A stretch of 64,000 bases of DNA, taken from the NCBI RefSeq assembly GCF_009914755.1, contig NC_060933.1. One strand, given 5' to 3'. Source of the DNA: the human T2T-CHM13v2.0 reference genome, Homo sapiens. The notes beneath the pieces are model-generated. The model ran no database searches. It was given only the letters and a program-made list of their open reading frames with translations, and was not told the origin of the DNA. The stretch's first letter is position 1. Each line of letters starts with the position of its first letter. Position numbers and translations under genes: made by a program. Shown here in pieces: positions 41,787-56,444 of this stretch.

Positions 41787-42419
41787 AATGGTCATCCTTT
41801 TAGATGAATATAATCAAATACCACCACACAAATAATGCAAAACTATAAAAATTCTGCTGAGTAATAGGAGGCTTTTTTATTTAAAAAGGTCAGTTTTTAA
41901 TAAGAGCTGATGAAATTGACCTCAGACATAACTCCTAGCAAATAATTGTTAATGGATGTAACAACCTCTGGGGTGCCTAGAACATAGGTTGGAAGATAGA
42001 AAATATTATTACAGTGGGTCAGGAAGATGAGAAAATTGAGAGAATGAGGCAGCAGCTAGGAAGTGAAGTGTCAGAGTTTTATTACTGTTTAACACTTTTC
42101 ATATATTTCTGTGTGAGAGAGATTACTGAGCAATCACAATTGCCCACTAAGGATGGGACTTACCTGAAGTTAGAGTTCTATTCTTAATGCTAAAACAGGA
42201 TAATCTCAAATATCTGGGTGAACTGTTATAAAACACAAAGAACTTTCAACTTTTCGAAGGAAAAATACAAACAGAAACCATTTTTTTTCTTATAGGAAGT
42301 ATGTCCTCTTATTAGCATAGTGAACTTGGTTTTTGCATAAGATAGTGTAAGCCAACCCTCATAAAGTAGCGCTTTGGGCAGGCACATGGTTGGTGGCCAT
42401 ATCAACTAGTAGATATGTA

Positions 42420-43414
42420 CACATTACTACCCAGAGTTCGTCAAACTACAAGGTTTGAAGCCATAGCCCACAAGACTCCTCATTTATTTTTATTTTTTGA
42501 GATAAGGTCTCTCTCTGTCACCCAGGCTGAAGTGTAGTAACATGATCATAACTCATTGCAACCTTGAATTCTTAGGCTCAAGGGATCCTCTCATCTCAGC
42601 CTCCTAAGTAGCTGGGACTAGAGGCACATACTATCACACCTGGCTATTTTTTTTTCTTTCAATTAATTTTTTTTTTTTCTTTTAGAGACAGGGTCTCAGT
42701 TTGTTGCCCAGGCTTGAACTCCTAGACTCAAGCAGTCCTCCTGCTTCAGCCTCCCAAAGTGTTGGAATTACAGGCATGAGCCACTGCACCTGGCTAAGAC
42801 TCCTCATTTCTTATGCCAGCTGCAATTTTGGAGGATTTCCAAAACCACCCTTAGGTTAGATAATTTTCTAATAGAACTTGCAAAACTCATGAAATCTATT
42901 AGACTCATGGTTAAGGTTGATTACAGGAAAAGAATACAGATTAAAATCAGCAAAAAGAAGAGATGCATACATAGGGCAGAGTCTGGGAGATTTATAAATG
43001 CAAAGCTTCCATTGTCCTCTCCCGTGGAGTTGGGAGGGGTTGCCCTCTGGGCCTTAATGTGATCATATGCAAGTACTGTTAACAAGAGAAATTTCACAAT
43101 TTTGGTCCAGAGTTTTTATTTGGAAGTCATTATCTAGACATGATTGTTTGATTAATTGTCCACATGTTTGAATTCAGTGCCCAGGTTGACTGATACCCCA
43201 TGAAGCCTCTACCTTAAATCATATGGTTGGTCTTTCTAACATGGCCAGAAGGACCCCTCAAAACTACTAGGTATGCCTGCCCACTCTAAGATCCAATGTG
43301 GCCACTCACACCTAAACAATGACACTCTAATCAGGTATGACATAAAGTGTCTCCCAGATACCCCAAGGAAAAAGCCAGATCTCTCTTTAGACAGGACCAA
43401 ATTATTTGCTAAGC
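42420..43414 (-). mobile_element. MER21-family LTR, split by AluJ
   Basis: cccacaagact...aaaaccacccttagg...atacagattaaaatcagc...aaagccagatctctcttt. Confidence 0.7.
42486..42795 (-). mobile_element. AluJ (Jo/Jr-like)
   Basis: J diagnostics (atcataactca...ccttgaattcttaggctcaag); perfect 14-bp TSD aagactcctcattt (42472-42485, 42796-42809). Confidence 0.93.
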
Positions 43415-43800
43415 ACTTGCCCGTAAGAAAAGACAGTATAATTCTTCCAGCAGGCAGATGATAACTTGTAATGCTCCCTAAGTGCCTGAGAGAGAGCAAG
43501 CGAAAAGGAGTGTTGAAGATGAGCTTGCTTTAGCCCAGTTCCATAACTTGAAATCAATAAAGAGAAGCCTGTGCCCTATGGCTAACATACAACAGAAGGA
43601 TACCTTGGGATCCTTTGCCTCACACTATTTGTTACATCCACCACTTCACAGCTTTCTTCTGTACTAGATGTCTGACCTCTGACCTCATATTTCCTGTTTG
43701 TAGTCCAAATGTACCCCTTTTGGATTGGACTCTGTCATCCAGTACATCTGCTATTCTTCCAAGTTTTTTGTCCCACGCACATTTATGAGTGTGATTTCCA

Positions 43801-43880
43801 TTAGGTTGGTGCAAACGTAATTGCAGATTTTGCAATTAACAGTAATGGCAAAAACCACAATTACATTTGCACCAACCTAA
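43801..43880. mobile_element. Full-length 80-bp MADE1 MITE (palindromic)
   Basis: ttaggttggtgcaaa...tttgcaccaacctaa TIRs; TA on the right flank. Confidence 0.93.
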
Positions 43881-46800
43881 TAGTTTGTTTAATACATCAA
43901 ACTTTGGAGAGAACAGACCAAGGACATACTTGTGGTGTTGCATTCAAATTTATTTACATGCAAACTTTGGGGATATTTATTCAACCGGTTCTTATTTTGC
44001 CTTCTTTGAAATTACAATAGGATAGGAGAGAGAATAGGAAACATGTCTGTACTTACAGGATCTATTGCAGGTCTGGCCCAGTCAATTACCCAAGAGTCAT
44101 AGCCGTGGGTATATGACCTTGAAATTTTTCATAATTCTATTCTACATGAAATGACCCTAGGGCTACACTGTTCTGTTCCCTTCAGATTTTAGGGACATCC
44201 AAAGACATACACAACATTTCTGTATAACTCTACCCTGGTCTCATTTATTGTTTGCACTAGTGGAATGATAAAAATAGCTTTAAATAGATTTATTAAACCC
44301 ACTTGGCTTTCTAAAAATTGTCTTAATTTGCACAACTTTAAAACCTTCTTGCTAGTCATCAGAGATCATCAAAGTTGAAAGATAACTGATGTGTTTGATT
44401 TTTCCTAATTTGCTATCATTATAATAAAGAATGTTGACAAAAAGAAATTCGTAATATAACCCAAACAATCCCTTTAGATTGATTGCATGTTCATTGAGCA
44501 ACTATGTCCTAGAAAAGAATGATCTCTATCACAAGACCACATTAGTAAATACATTAGGCTAGGTAGTATTTAGCTTGAGGTATCTTGCCTAGTTGTTTGG
44601 ATCTGATGACTTTCAGAAGGCTTCCATCACAGAAGCTTACAGGGCAATCATAGCAATGTGAATTAAAGCAGCTTGGCTATATTGTTATTACAAAATTACA
44701 AAATTACACTAGCAAAAAAAAATAGTGATCATGATGAAATTCAATGTTGATAGGACTTTAGGCAGTATATTCACTGCTGGTGGCAGTATAAGAGGATTTA
44801 GTGTTTCTATTAATCAATTGGATCTTCTTCAAAAAGAGTTAAAATTTGTGTCACTTGACCAAGAATTTACCCAAAAGGAAAAAGATATTCAATTTTAAGT
44901 TATTTACTGAATTGCAGAGTGTTTTTATATTGAAACAGTTGAAATAACCCCAATCTCACTTACAGGGAAAAAAATCCCATAAGCATCATGGGATTCTGAA
45001 CATTGGGAAGGTGGTTTAAGGGTATCTTGCATTGATTTCCAAATCTGGCTGCATATCACAGTCTCCAAGGGAGATTTTTATTTCCTTGTTTGATGTTCCT
45101 TCTCCAAAGGTGATGTATTTATCTGGAATTCATGGAATAGATGTAGCAAATGGGACAGGGAATATAAATGAAGCCACTGACAATGTTTTTCCTTATGGGT
45201 TTTATGGGGAACTGAACTTAAATGCTAATTGTTTGGTTTATAAAGCAGCTTGCCACACTTGAGTCCATAATTACTCTCCCATGAATACAAGTCCCTACTA
45301 TCCTTCAACAGAATGAAGATAATTCTTTCATTAATCTTCATGGTATGGTGATGAAAGGGAGTGGGCCTCTCTGTAGAACCAAAAAATTGAGCATACTGGA
45401 TGTCTCCTCTATACAGCCAGTTTGTGCTACTTCCAGACTAGTTGGTTTAATAGCATTTAGCTCAGATAATGTGAACACAGTGTCTTTTTTGTCTTTATCT
45501 TCGAAGGTGGTAAAATCACAAAGGGAGAGGTACTATAGGAGTGTTTTCCAGAACTGAGGTCACAAAGCTAAACCATTCTATCTCAGATTCTCTGCAAGAA
45601 GCCACAACTACATGACAGTTGGAGCTACAGACCCTTTCTCCTCTCAATGTCTGTGGCTAATGGTAGTGGTATTGTTGATGAGACAGTTTACCTGTACTAT
45701 CTGGCAGAATGGTTGGTCTTTGATCAGTGGACTGGCCAGTTGGAAGAAAGAAGCTGACTAGCGCTTTGCTGTCTGACCCTTATTGCATGTACCCATATAT
45801 CTGTGTGAGACGAAGAACTAGAAAGTGTTCAGGTCAGAGGTAAATATCTCTGGGAGAAACTGTAGGCTCTGAGTAGATTCTGAATTAAGCTAACTCTATG
45901 GTGTATGATTCTTCATTTGAGCTTCCTTAATTGCCCTAGAATCACTTGCCACTGGAGGGATCTACTAGAATAGCTGTGGGAAGAGACAGCTTAGAAGAAA
46001 ACATTAGTCATTAATGGTAATTGGGCAAAAGTTGGGGTAGGGATAGAGGGTTAGGATGGGGCAGATTTGGGGGTTGGGGAAGAACTGGAGGATGAAAATC
46101 TTGGCATTGAAGGCCTGGAGCACGTTTGTTTCTCTGGTTAGTGAAGTTTGCAGGTCTTCTACAATACAGTGAACCCAAGTGACAGTGAAATTGAGCCATA
46201 TTCTCTTCAAAGGAGCTGCTATGTGTGCATCACAGCACACTGGAGCATTACAGTGGAGTTCTGAAATCCTAATCCATCTGAGGATAATAGCTGCAACTTA
46301 CCAATCAGGAAATACTGGAGGCTGGGGTGGTGGGTGAACAGAATTCTGGGCTAGGGTCTCAGAAGCTGGGTCTCCTCATGGGAGCAGGCAGGGATGTCCA
46401 CATAAAGGGGCACTGCTGTAAGAGCCAGGTAGGGCAGCTTTCCTTGGGGTGCAAAACCTATTCTAATGGGTGGGTAAAATGCAAGAACTTGAATCAAAGT
46501 GAAGGGTCTGCAACAATGGTCAGGCAAAAGAGACTGGCATGAAACTGAAGAGGATCCTTGAGGCAAGAATTTAAAGAAGGAAGCTGTTTTACTGCAGTGA
46601 CTTCTAGTGAAAACAAGCATATATTCTGAATAAGAAAAGGTCAAATGTTGGAGAGTTTTTGTTTTGTTTTGCATTTTTTAAGCTAGTAAGAAAGACAACT
46701 ACATGTATTTTTTTAAGCTTTAAGAATTTTTCTCTTTCGTTAAGGTTAGGGAATTAAATTTTCCCTTAATGCTGATTATACCTTTGTTTTGAAGGAGCCA

Positions 46801-47229
46801 AATTCTTTTTTTTTATTATGTAAAAGTAAAATGGAGACATACTCCAGACTTGAAGATTTCTGAGGCTCTGTAAGTTGGTCTATGTGATAGACAGGATTGC
46901 ATAACTGTGGCTGTATCCTTGAGAGAATTATGTCTATTATAAATACTGATCTAGAATAAGCCATGCCTGAAACCAGCTGCTTCATCATATGGACAAAGAT
47001 CCTGTAGGAGGGATGTGTAGCAAGCCTGGTCTCTATCTTGAATTATAGGAAAGAATGATACTTGGTTTGGATAAGCTCAAATTGGGCTGGTAGGTTAATA
47101 TCCCGAACACTTGCTTGAGTTCAGCCTTTGTTGATGATGGAATGCTGGATTCTAGTATAGCTCAGGATCACAGGGGCGGCCCTCATCCATGTGAGTGAGA
47201 AGACATTGGGGGTTGTTTTCCTTTGAAGG

Positions 47230-48388
47230 TGAGAATTTAAAACCCTAAGCCTCCCAACAGGCTGAACAGACACCCTCTTGGCAAAGTGGACCTCAGAGAA
47301 ACCTTAAAATCTGTGTTGCCACTCATGATGGGATGGGTGTTATACACCCTTTCTCACAAATTGCCATTAGACTTTTGTATTAGGCCATTCTTGCATTGCT
47401 ATAAAAAAATACTCGAGACTGGGTAATTTCCAAAGAAAAAAGGTTTAATTGGTTCATGATTCAGCAGGCTGTATAAGAAGCACAGTGGCATCTGCTTCTC
47501 AGGAGACCTCAGGAAGCTTCCGATCATGGCAGAAGGCAAAGGAGGAGCAGGCACATCACGTGGTGAAAGCAGGAGCAAGAGAGAGCAGGGGGAGGTGCCA
47601 GAGGGAGAGGTGCCACACACTTTTAAAAAACTAGATCTCCAGAGAACTCACTCGCTATCCAGAGGGCTGCATCAAGGGAATAGTGCCAAACCATTCATGA
47701 GAAATCCACTCCCATGATCCAATCACTTCCCACCAGGCTCCACCACCAACACTGGGGATTATGTTTCAACAATGGACACATTTCCAAACTATATCAACTT
47801 TATTTACTAAAGGTTAAAAAGAAACCAGCACTTTTGAAAGACTTGCCAGATTCACCTCCATTTTTGTGGTTTCTACACAACTAACCGGCATTCCTTCTTC
47901 ATAAGAGACCACCGACTACGGACTGGCTCTGGCCAGTTTACAGAGGCTGTGCACGGTATCTGTACAGATCCAAGTATTTGGGATATTAACCTGGCAGCCT
48001 CGTATGAGCTTATGCAAACCAACAAAGAAGGTTCCCTTTGCCTTCTCTGTTCCACCTTTTGATGTATAGAGCCTAATTTTAATGCATTTGAATGTTAAGT
48101 CTCCACCCCAGGTTGAACATGAAATATATGTAATATGCATACTTGCTTATTATGCATGTTTGCATGTTCTTTGGTGAATATTCATAGCTCCTCCTTTAAC
48201 CTGTTGTGTAGGTATACTTAGCTGACTCTTTCACCATCAATTCCTGTCTCACCTTGAAGTGTCCACTTGGTGCATACTGGAGGCTATGCTTCCCAACCTG
48301 CAGGATGGCCAGCTTGCAGCTACCACCTTTTATAAGAAACAAAGCTCTCATTTCCAAATTTATGAACCACATGATTCTTCAGTTGACA
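47230..48388 (+). mobile_element. MER39-family ERV1 LTR, split by the MSTA
   Basis: tgagaa...cctaagcctcccaac...ctgaacagacaccctcttggc...; ends gattcttcagttgaca. Confidence 0.75.
47376..47796 (-). mobile_element. MSTA MaLR solo LTR
   Basis: tgtattaggccattcttgcattgctataaa...ccaaactatatca; perfect TSD acttt (47371-47375, 47797-47801). Confidence 0.92.
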
Positions 48389-48954
48389 AGGGATGCATTG
48401 CCAATCATCCTTGGAAGACTCTCATCCTGGGATAGGAAATGAGAAGTGGATAAGAGTGGGACAGAATCAAGATCATCTTACCTTTCTGTATCATGGACAC
48501 TGTCCAAGATGGTCTGAGCCAGACATTTTTGAGCAGGGAACTGTCCAAACCAAAGGATGCATCTGCTCCATGAAGAGATATATCTAATAATGGTAATAAG
48601 TTACTCTCTGTGTTGTCCTTCCCTTTAATTTCCCTCAAACTTACAGTAAAATTCTATTAAAATTGCAGCAGTGCTGTTACTGTGTGGGGAAGAGCAATGT
48701 AGAGAGAGCCATAGACACTGATGGGAGATGGTAATCCCAGCCTTTCAGGCAGTGGTCTATAGCAGGAAAGGGGTTGGGGCAGCAGGTGACAATAGCACCT
48801 ATTTGTGGAACATTTAATTTTTCTCCAGGGATTCTTGTTCATATGTAGGGGAAGTAACCGGTTAAGAGGAGACTTCCTGAAGTTAAGCAGAATGGGGACT
48901 TTAAACCATCACAACTGAAACAGTAAAACCCTTCCAAGACCTCACATTGGAGAG

Positions 48955-49487
48955 TTAAAATAAAGTTCAAATCATAATCAAAGGCCACAAGGTCCTCTCC
49001 ATCTTCATCTCAGGTAATTATTTATGTATTATGTTTCAGCCACCATAGCTTCTTTCAGTTTCTTGATCAAGCCACTCTCTCCAGCTCTGGGGACTTAGCC
49101 ATGCTGTCACCTCTGTGTATGAGGCTTTTCTTTTTTTCTGAACCAGCTCAGATTCATCAAGGCTGGTTTTCTTTTTTCACACTTAAAATCTCAGCTTAAC
49201 TGACAATTCTTCAAAGTGTTGTCCCTGTTAAATTCAACAGTATTTAAGTGTATTCTCTCTTCTCCTTCTCAGCCTTTTTTTCTCTCATAGCACACTGTTT
49301 ATGTGATTATAGCACTTCATAATTATAAATATATATTTGTTTGTTAATTATCTATATTTCCTCCAAAATTACAAGATCCATGAAGGCAGGAAATATGACC
49401 GTTTAAATAAGTATTCCATAGTGAGGTCCTGACTGCAGTTATTTGGTCATAGTAGGCTTTTAGTACAAAATTTTGAATAAATGAATA
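48955..49487 (+). mobile_element. L2 3' region
   Basis: aaggccacaaggtcc...tccatgaaggcagg...tgaataaatgaat tail. Confidence 0.7.
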
Positions 49488-50109
49488 GTGTGCTTATTAA
49501 GAAAATGTGACTTCATTTTGGTTATCAAACTGGCATGTCCAAGGGACAATTCACTTACATAAAGGTTATTTCCAGAAGCTTTTATAAGTCTCATATCCCC
49601 GTACATTTCTTCTATCTGCAATTATGTCACACTTTTAAGGGAGACCTGCCTGCCCATTTGCCACATGCCTAGTGGCATATAAAGATAAATGCCATCTTTT
49701 CAGCACTTTTGAAACAATTGAGTGAGATTCTTTGTGCTCTACTTCTGTTCTACTCTGGCTCCACTTTTATTTCTTCCTGCTTTCAGTTTTGGGCTTTGCC
49801 TATCAACTTTGAATCCACCCGTGACCCCAGTCTTTGTGTTTGCTTTTGACTTTCTCAACTTCAACTTTTAGTACCCTCTAAGGACTTTGGTTTGTACTCA
49901 ACCTCTGACTGTTTCTATTTCTGTCTCTCTCAGGTTTATTACCTGGGTCGGGACCTGAACTCCAGTGCATCTTGTCTGATCCTTGTTTGATCCCTTATTA
50001 TATTTATTGCCCAGGCATGGAAGGCCAGACAGGATTTTTGCTCAAGAGTTGTGGTGTTTTCAGAAAGTAGGTATATATCATGATATGTTTCTAGGAGAGT
50101 CTGTATTAT

Positions 50110-50990
50110 GATCATAACATCGTGTTCCTCCTCACTCTGCTGCTTTCTTCCTTTCCGTCTTGATCAGTGCTCCAGTTACACTAGATTGTCCCCGCATTTC
50201 AGGGCTTCGATAAAGCACCACACTACGGGGGAGGGATTCTGGTGTGCTGAGATATCTCAGGGGACTGGATAATGAAGCCTGAAAGTACAGGAGAGGAAGC
50301 TCTCCATGGTAAGATCAATGTGAAATGTGAGACAGAAAGAAGCTAGGCAAAATTCCCCAACTTTCTTACTCCTGGAGGTTACTCCAAGATTCACCTCCTC
50401 TTTTCAATCCTGCCTGATGAGTGGACATGCCTGCTGAATGATCTGCTGTGTCTTTTTGTGAAGGAAAAGCATGTGTGATAATGCATCATAGCACATGGCA
50501 TAATATTCTACACCCCATTTTCCTTGCTTCACTTCCTTTTCTCTCCTACCCATGTTATCCAATGCTTCTACCTCCTGAATAAAGTGGAGACAGTCCTCAA
50601 CTTATGTGGGGGGGGAGGGGTAGTGTGTCTACTTACAATTTTTCTACCTTACAATGATGTCAAAGTGATACACATTAAGTAGAAAAAATATTTCAGATAC
50701 CCATCCAGTTACTCTCTTTTCACTTTCCATACAGTATTCGATAATACTGTTGAATGAGATACCTCACACTTTATTATAAAATAGGCTTTGTGTTAGATAT
50801 TTTTGCCCAACTGTAGGCTAATGTAAGTGTTCTGAGCACTTATAAGGTGAGTGAGGCAACCTGTGATGTTAAATAGGTTAGATGTAACAAATGCATTTTG
50901 GACTTGGCGATGTTGTCAGCTTACGATGGGTTTATCAGGACCTAACCCCATTGTAAGTCAAAGAGCATCTGCATTAGCAACTTAATCTTT
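50110..50990 (+). mobile_element. LTR33-like ERVL LTR, split by MER47A
   Basis: gtgagacagaaagaagc...atgcctgctga...cctcctgaataaagtg | cattagcaacttaatc. Confidence 0.5.
50587..50971 (-). mobile_element. MER47A (Tigger-type DNA transposon)
   Basis: ataaaataggctttgtgttagat...gcccaactgtaggctaatgtaagtgttctgagcac...ttacgatgggtttatc...gagcatctg. Confidence 0.88.
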
Positions 50991-53374
50991 TTTTTTCCTT
51001 CAAGCTTAAATTGTGTCATATGTCCAGAATGGGTCAGCAGAGCAGAAATTCCAGTGAAGAGTAACTAGAACCAATTTATGAAGCTAAGCAGGGGAATAGC
51101 AGATCCCGAGTGTGACTTCAAGGAGAATGGTTCAGATATATTTCAAGTAAAGGCTTTTAAATACTTCCATATATATTCCAGTGGGAATTGTGATGAGAGT
51201 GTATGATTTAGATATCGACTTCTTAAATAAAATTGAATATTTGAAATAAAGTATGCAAATAAATTCTGGGCAATAGAATTGTCTCATAATTTGGATAGCC
51301 AATAATTGAAAGGTTTTAAAAATAAAAATCTCTCTTTTTTTGTTAAACAGGATTTATTTAAAATAAAGCTGTCATACAAGTGCTGGCTATCAACTGTTTA
51401 TGTTCAGAGACTGCACATTGTACTTTTTGTGAGGGGGAGCCTCGAATTCTTAAAATGTGTTTCTTAAACAGTGCAACTCCAATTTATTAATGAGAATATC
51501 AAAGTCTTTGGGTTTTTCTGTATTAGGTAGGAGAAGGATAATGAAAGATTCTTTTTGAAGTCCAAGTTGTGTCATCTAAATAGGTCTCCCCTGAATATGA
51601 GTAGATGCATGTCTATTTCTGGTGCAAGCAATGATTGACCACCATTATTCTACTCAAGGTGCCTAAAATACCTATCTATAGAAGCATAATCAAAATAATT
51701 GCCCCTGTCCCTAGAGTTCTATGAAAATTAGATAATGTCAGCAAAAGTGCTTTTAGCTGCTACAGTGGTATTATGACCTTTATTCTCCACTTAGAACTAG
51801 TCTGAAAATAGTTCCATAATAACCTCTCATTAAAGTTCTTGAGTCTGTATAAAGCCAGTGATATGGAAAGACAGTAGCCATAGACCTATTAAATAACTAA
51901 TAGGTAGGGTTTAGGGACAGGAAGGAAAAAGAGTACTGCAGAAGGAAGTTAAACTTTTGACACAGAAGTTGGCTAGGCTGTAGTAAAAGTGACTTTTCAA
52001 ATATATTAGTCTTTCTTTTTTCCTCCTTCCCTTCCTCTGATCCTTCTTTTCTTCCATTCTTCCTGCCCTCTTTTCTTCCATTTGACAAATACTTGTTATG
52101 GGTGAAAAGTATATGACTGTTACCAGCCATTGCCCTTTCTTTGCACTTGAAAGGAAATTCTAGGTTGACCTACTCAGTCTCCTACTCTCTTCTGCTCTCT
52201 GAGAAGCTTCCTTTCTTGTCAGTTCAGTGCTTTGAGGGTTGAGAATTTAGAATTAGATCAGAGGGGTAAAGGGGAGAATGAGAAGTTCTCTGAGCAAGGT
52301 GCTGAGAGAGAGACTTTTTTCTCGGACAGGTTGGAAGTATTAGAAAGATGAAAGTATCTGAGATGAGTAAAGGAAGAGCTAGGAGAGTAAACTATTTTTA
52401 AAAAAGAAATTATTCACATGTATCTATTTTAATGGATAAAAAAGTCACGTAAGGGACTTGAGCTATTATAAAATTATATTTTAGAGGATCTGTGTTTCTT
52501 GAATTCTTGTAGGTTATTTATTTATTTATTTTTTAACCTAATGTTCTTAAAATGAATTAGATGCCAAGGAAACAAAGTAAAAATATGAACAAGAAAGAGG
52601 AACAGGCATCTGAAAAAGGAGGTGCAGACATTGTTAAAGTTGCTGTGATGGATGCATACGGGGTCCTTTGGAGGCAGTGAGGAAGGAATCACCCTTTCTA
52701 TAGTGATGGGGATAATTAAGGGACCATCACAAGTCTAGTTTTTAAAGTAAAATGCACAAAAATGATTTTTTCCTTGTCAGAAGAAATCACATACAAACAC
52801 TTCAATAATCTTAATGATTGTGATTAAATTGTTTTACTCCTCTTGCTAATTCAGGGGTTTAGAAAGTACTATATATGAGGCTAAAGTGTAATTTAAAAAA
52901 CAGTTTGCTTTAAGAATGTTTAATTTTTCCAGTGTCTCACAGCATTTGTGTAGTGTGAAATTATTTAAAAAATAATGATTCTGGCCAAAGTCATTTCCTA
53001 CTGGAATGCGGAGGAGCTGATATCCCTCAGTTCATGGGTAGACTACAGTTTCTTGAGGTGCATTTTAATAAGCAGCTATCAATGGAGGCTGACCTAGAGG
53101 AGGTGGGAAATCTAGAAATTTGTCAGGTATATTGTGGTGGAGAGCAAGTTGAACTAGGGAAGTGCTTAGGTAAATTTCTAAGTCATATATTTATAATTTT
53201 ATGTATGTTTTACACCAGAAGTTATTATTTTAAATTATATCTTTTTGTCTTATCATAAAATGCATTTCCTACACAATTTTTGGACAATAAAGGAAAAATA
53301 AATCACTCATAATCCCTACACCACTAGATAGCTCTCCTTTTTTCTTCCTATCTTTGCTACCACATAAAAGGAGC

Positions 53375-53860
53375 ACAGAGTGCAATTAACAGCCGAAAGA
53401 ATGCCAGGGTTCAGAGTCTCATTCTGTCACTTACTAACCACATGACAAATTACTTTAATTTCTCTATGTCCCCATTTTCTCATCTATAAAATACAGATAG
53501 TAATAGTGCCTATCTCTTAGGTTTTGTTTATAAGATTTGCTATGAGGCTTCAATGGGTCAATACATGTAAAGCATTTAGAGTAATACCTGGCTTATTGTA
53601 CTTGCAGTATAAGTGTTAGTTATTATTATTAGTATTTAGAACACAGACTGTTGAACTAAACTGCCCAAGTGTGAATCCCTGCCCTGCTATATATTAGCAA
53701 TGTAACTTTAAGTTGTTCAATTTGCCAGTGCCATAGCCTTATTCTTAAAATGGGGGTCAGCAGAGGACCCACCTTTTGGGTTATTGTGAAGGTTGAATGA
53801 GTTAATACATGTGGGTCATTTAAAACACGTAAGCACCTAACAGATACTAGCTATATTATT
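53375..53860 (+). mobile_element. Two tandem MIRs
   Basis: cattttctcatctataaaat...aagcatttagagtaatacctggc; gtgaatccctgccctgc...gtgaaggttgaatgagttaatac. Confidence 0.75.
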
Positions 53861-54199
53861 CATTTAAATATATTTTGAGTACTTACAATGTATGAAAAGC
53901 TATGCTATATATAAAGAAACAAGATAAAATCTCTCGTATGATATGTACAGACCATTGACAGTCATACCTTCAACAAATGAGTTTTGTGTGTGTGTTGTAA
54001 TGAGTTTTTATTATTAGGGCTTTTAAAAAAATTTTATTAATGCAATGGAAACATACTAAAAGTATAATAGCATTATGATTCCTCATGTATTCATTACTGA
54101 AATTATGTTTTATTTAATTTTTATCATTTTAATTTTTTTATTATTATTTTTAAATAGTGATGGTAGCCTCATTATGTTCCCCTAAATGTAAAAAGATGT

Positions 54200-54620
54200 G
54201 AATGAGAAGGACGGAGAGCTATGATAATATATATCAGAGAAACCTGCTATAGTTGTCCAGGAGTATCTCTTTGAATATGTGAAGATTTCACCTGAACTCT
54301 GGGTATGAGTAGCCATTCACAAGGTGAAGGGTGACATGTGTGAATATGTGTGTGTGGCAAGAGGGCAGGGGGTGCATGGCAAAAGAAGATAAGGTTGGAA
54401 AGCCATTCCAGGCCACCTGAGCATCAAGGATTATGGAGCATTTGAGGCACTGAAGAAAGTTTCTAGTGTTTGAAGGGAGAGTGATACAGGCTGCTGATGT
54501 AAGCAGAGGACTTGTCAAGGAGGGCCTTGAGGGCCTGACTGAGAATGTTAACCTTTTCCAAAGTGTAACAGGGCCATAGTGAAATGTTTTAAGCAGAGGG
54601 ATGATGTGACCAATGGTGAC
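54200..54620 (-). mobile_element. L2 fragment
   Basis: tttgaggcactgaagaaag...gggccttga...ttttaagcagagggatgatgtgac. Confidence 0.6.
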
Positions 54621-54763
54621 CTTTTACTGCTAATAATTCTAGCTTTAGCTTTAAGTATATACACATGTATTTGCACATGTATTTTAAGTAAAGCTATGAT
54701 CATTGTGCAAACAATACTTTCAGTCAGATTTTTAAAATTAAAAATATAACATCTGTCAAAATA

Positions 54764-54922
54764 TAGTTAATGAAGGCTCATCAACTGTAACATACCAGGA
54801 GATGTTGATAATGGGAGAAGCTATGCATGTGTCAGGGCGAGAGATATATGAGAAGTCTCTGTAACTTCCTGGCAATTTTGTTGTGAAACCTAAAAGTGCT
54901 ATAAAAAATAAAGTATTGAAAA
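54764..54922 (+). mobile_element. L1MC-type 3' terminus
   Basis: gatgttgataatgggagaagctatgcatgtgt...gtgaaacctaaaagtgctataaaaaataaag. Confidence 0.8.
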
Positions 54923-55052
54923 ATATGTGTGTATACGTATATACACACACACATCTAGCATCACCATTTCTTCCTTTTGCTAATTATTCTTTTTAAATAT
55001 TTTTAATTACTGCATTGAATTGCATTGTATAGATGAACCATAATTTATTTTA

Positions 55053-55457
<405 letters not shown>

Positions 55458-56444
55458 CTAAACAAACTGTATAGAGTCACCTAAATTTTCCTCACTGAGC
55501 AATTATTTGAGATGGGAATTATCTCTTCAAGTTAATTATAATTTGAAGAGCTGATTGGTATAAATGTATTACATAGTATCAGTTCAATATTTGAAACCTT
55601 AGTAAACAGGAGAAGGATTTGGGCCTGGGGCAGCATACCAGGACATGCTTTGTTCTGTGCTATTACTTCAAGCTGCTGTACCAGGCCTATATTTTATTTT
55701 CAGCTTTTTCCTGGTCAGGCTGCAGCCCAAGTTTAACCTGCTGTCCAATCTCCTATTTTGTGTTACTATCACTTTTGAGGCAAGACTACTGTTTATCTGT
55801 TTTGGATAGCTGCTATATAAACCCTATGTCCTTCTATCACCCTTACTTTAACATTTTATTGACCCACAGAAACAAAATAGCGTCCACAAACATTTGATCT
55901 CTCTCTGGAGCATGACATTGGCTTTATATGCATAATACCAGGCAGAATTCATTCAAAGGGGGTGTCACTTAGATGACAATATTCCTTAATTTCGGTGGTT
56001 AACTAGGTCTTTTTCTATTTCCATTGCTAGTCCTTTCAATGGGGATCTGAGAGAATTTTGTGCTCACAAATCCATCTTCCTCCATTCCCCTAACATAATA
56101 TTTAAATGTTGCATATAAGAGTTTTAGTGATGGCAATTCAAAATAAAGTCCTTAGTTTTGATGTGAGATCCTTAATTATTGTATGATTATTAGTCAATAA
56201 ATTGTAAGTTCATTGCTAAATGCAAAAGGGCTGTGTGACCTTGGGCAAATCATGTGTCATTACTGTACTCAAATCTATCAGTGAAGTGTATGATGTGCAG
56301 ATCACTAATACTATAAGATAATCTAGAAATCTATACGCGTTTCATGCTATAAAACCCCCGTCTATCCCAGAATTCTCCCTGTTAGATACAGCCTGGTTTT
56401 TTATTTTACTTTGAAAAGCAAATATGACCTTGATCCTCAAACCA

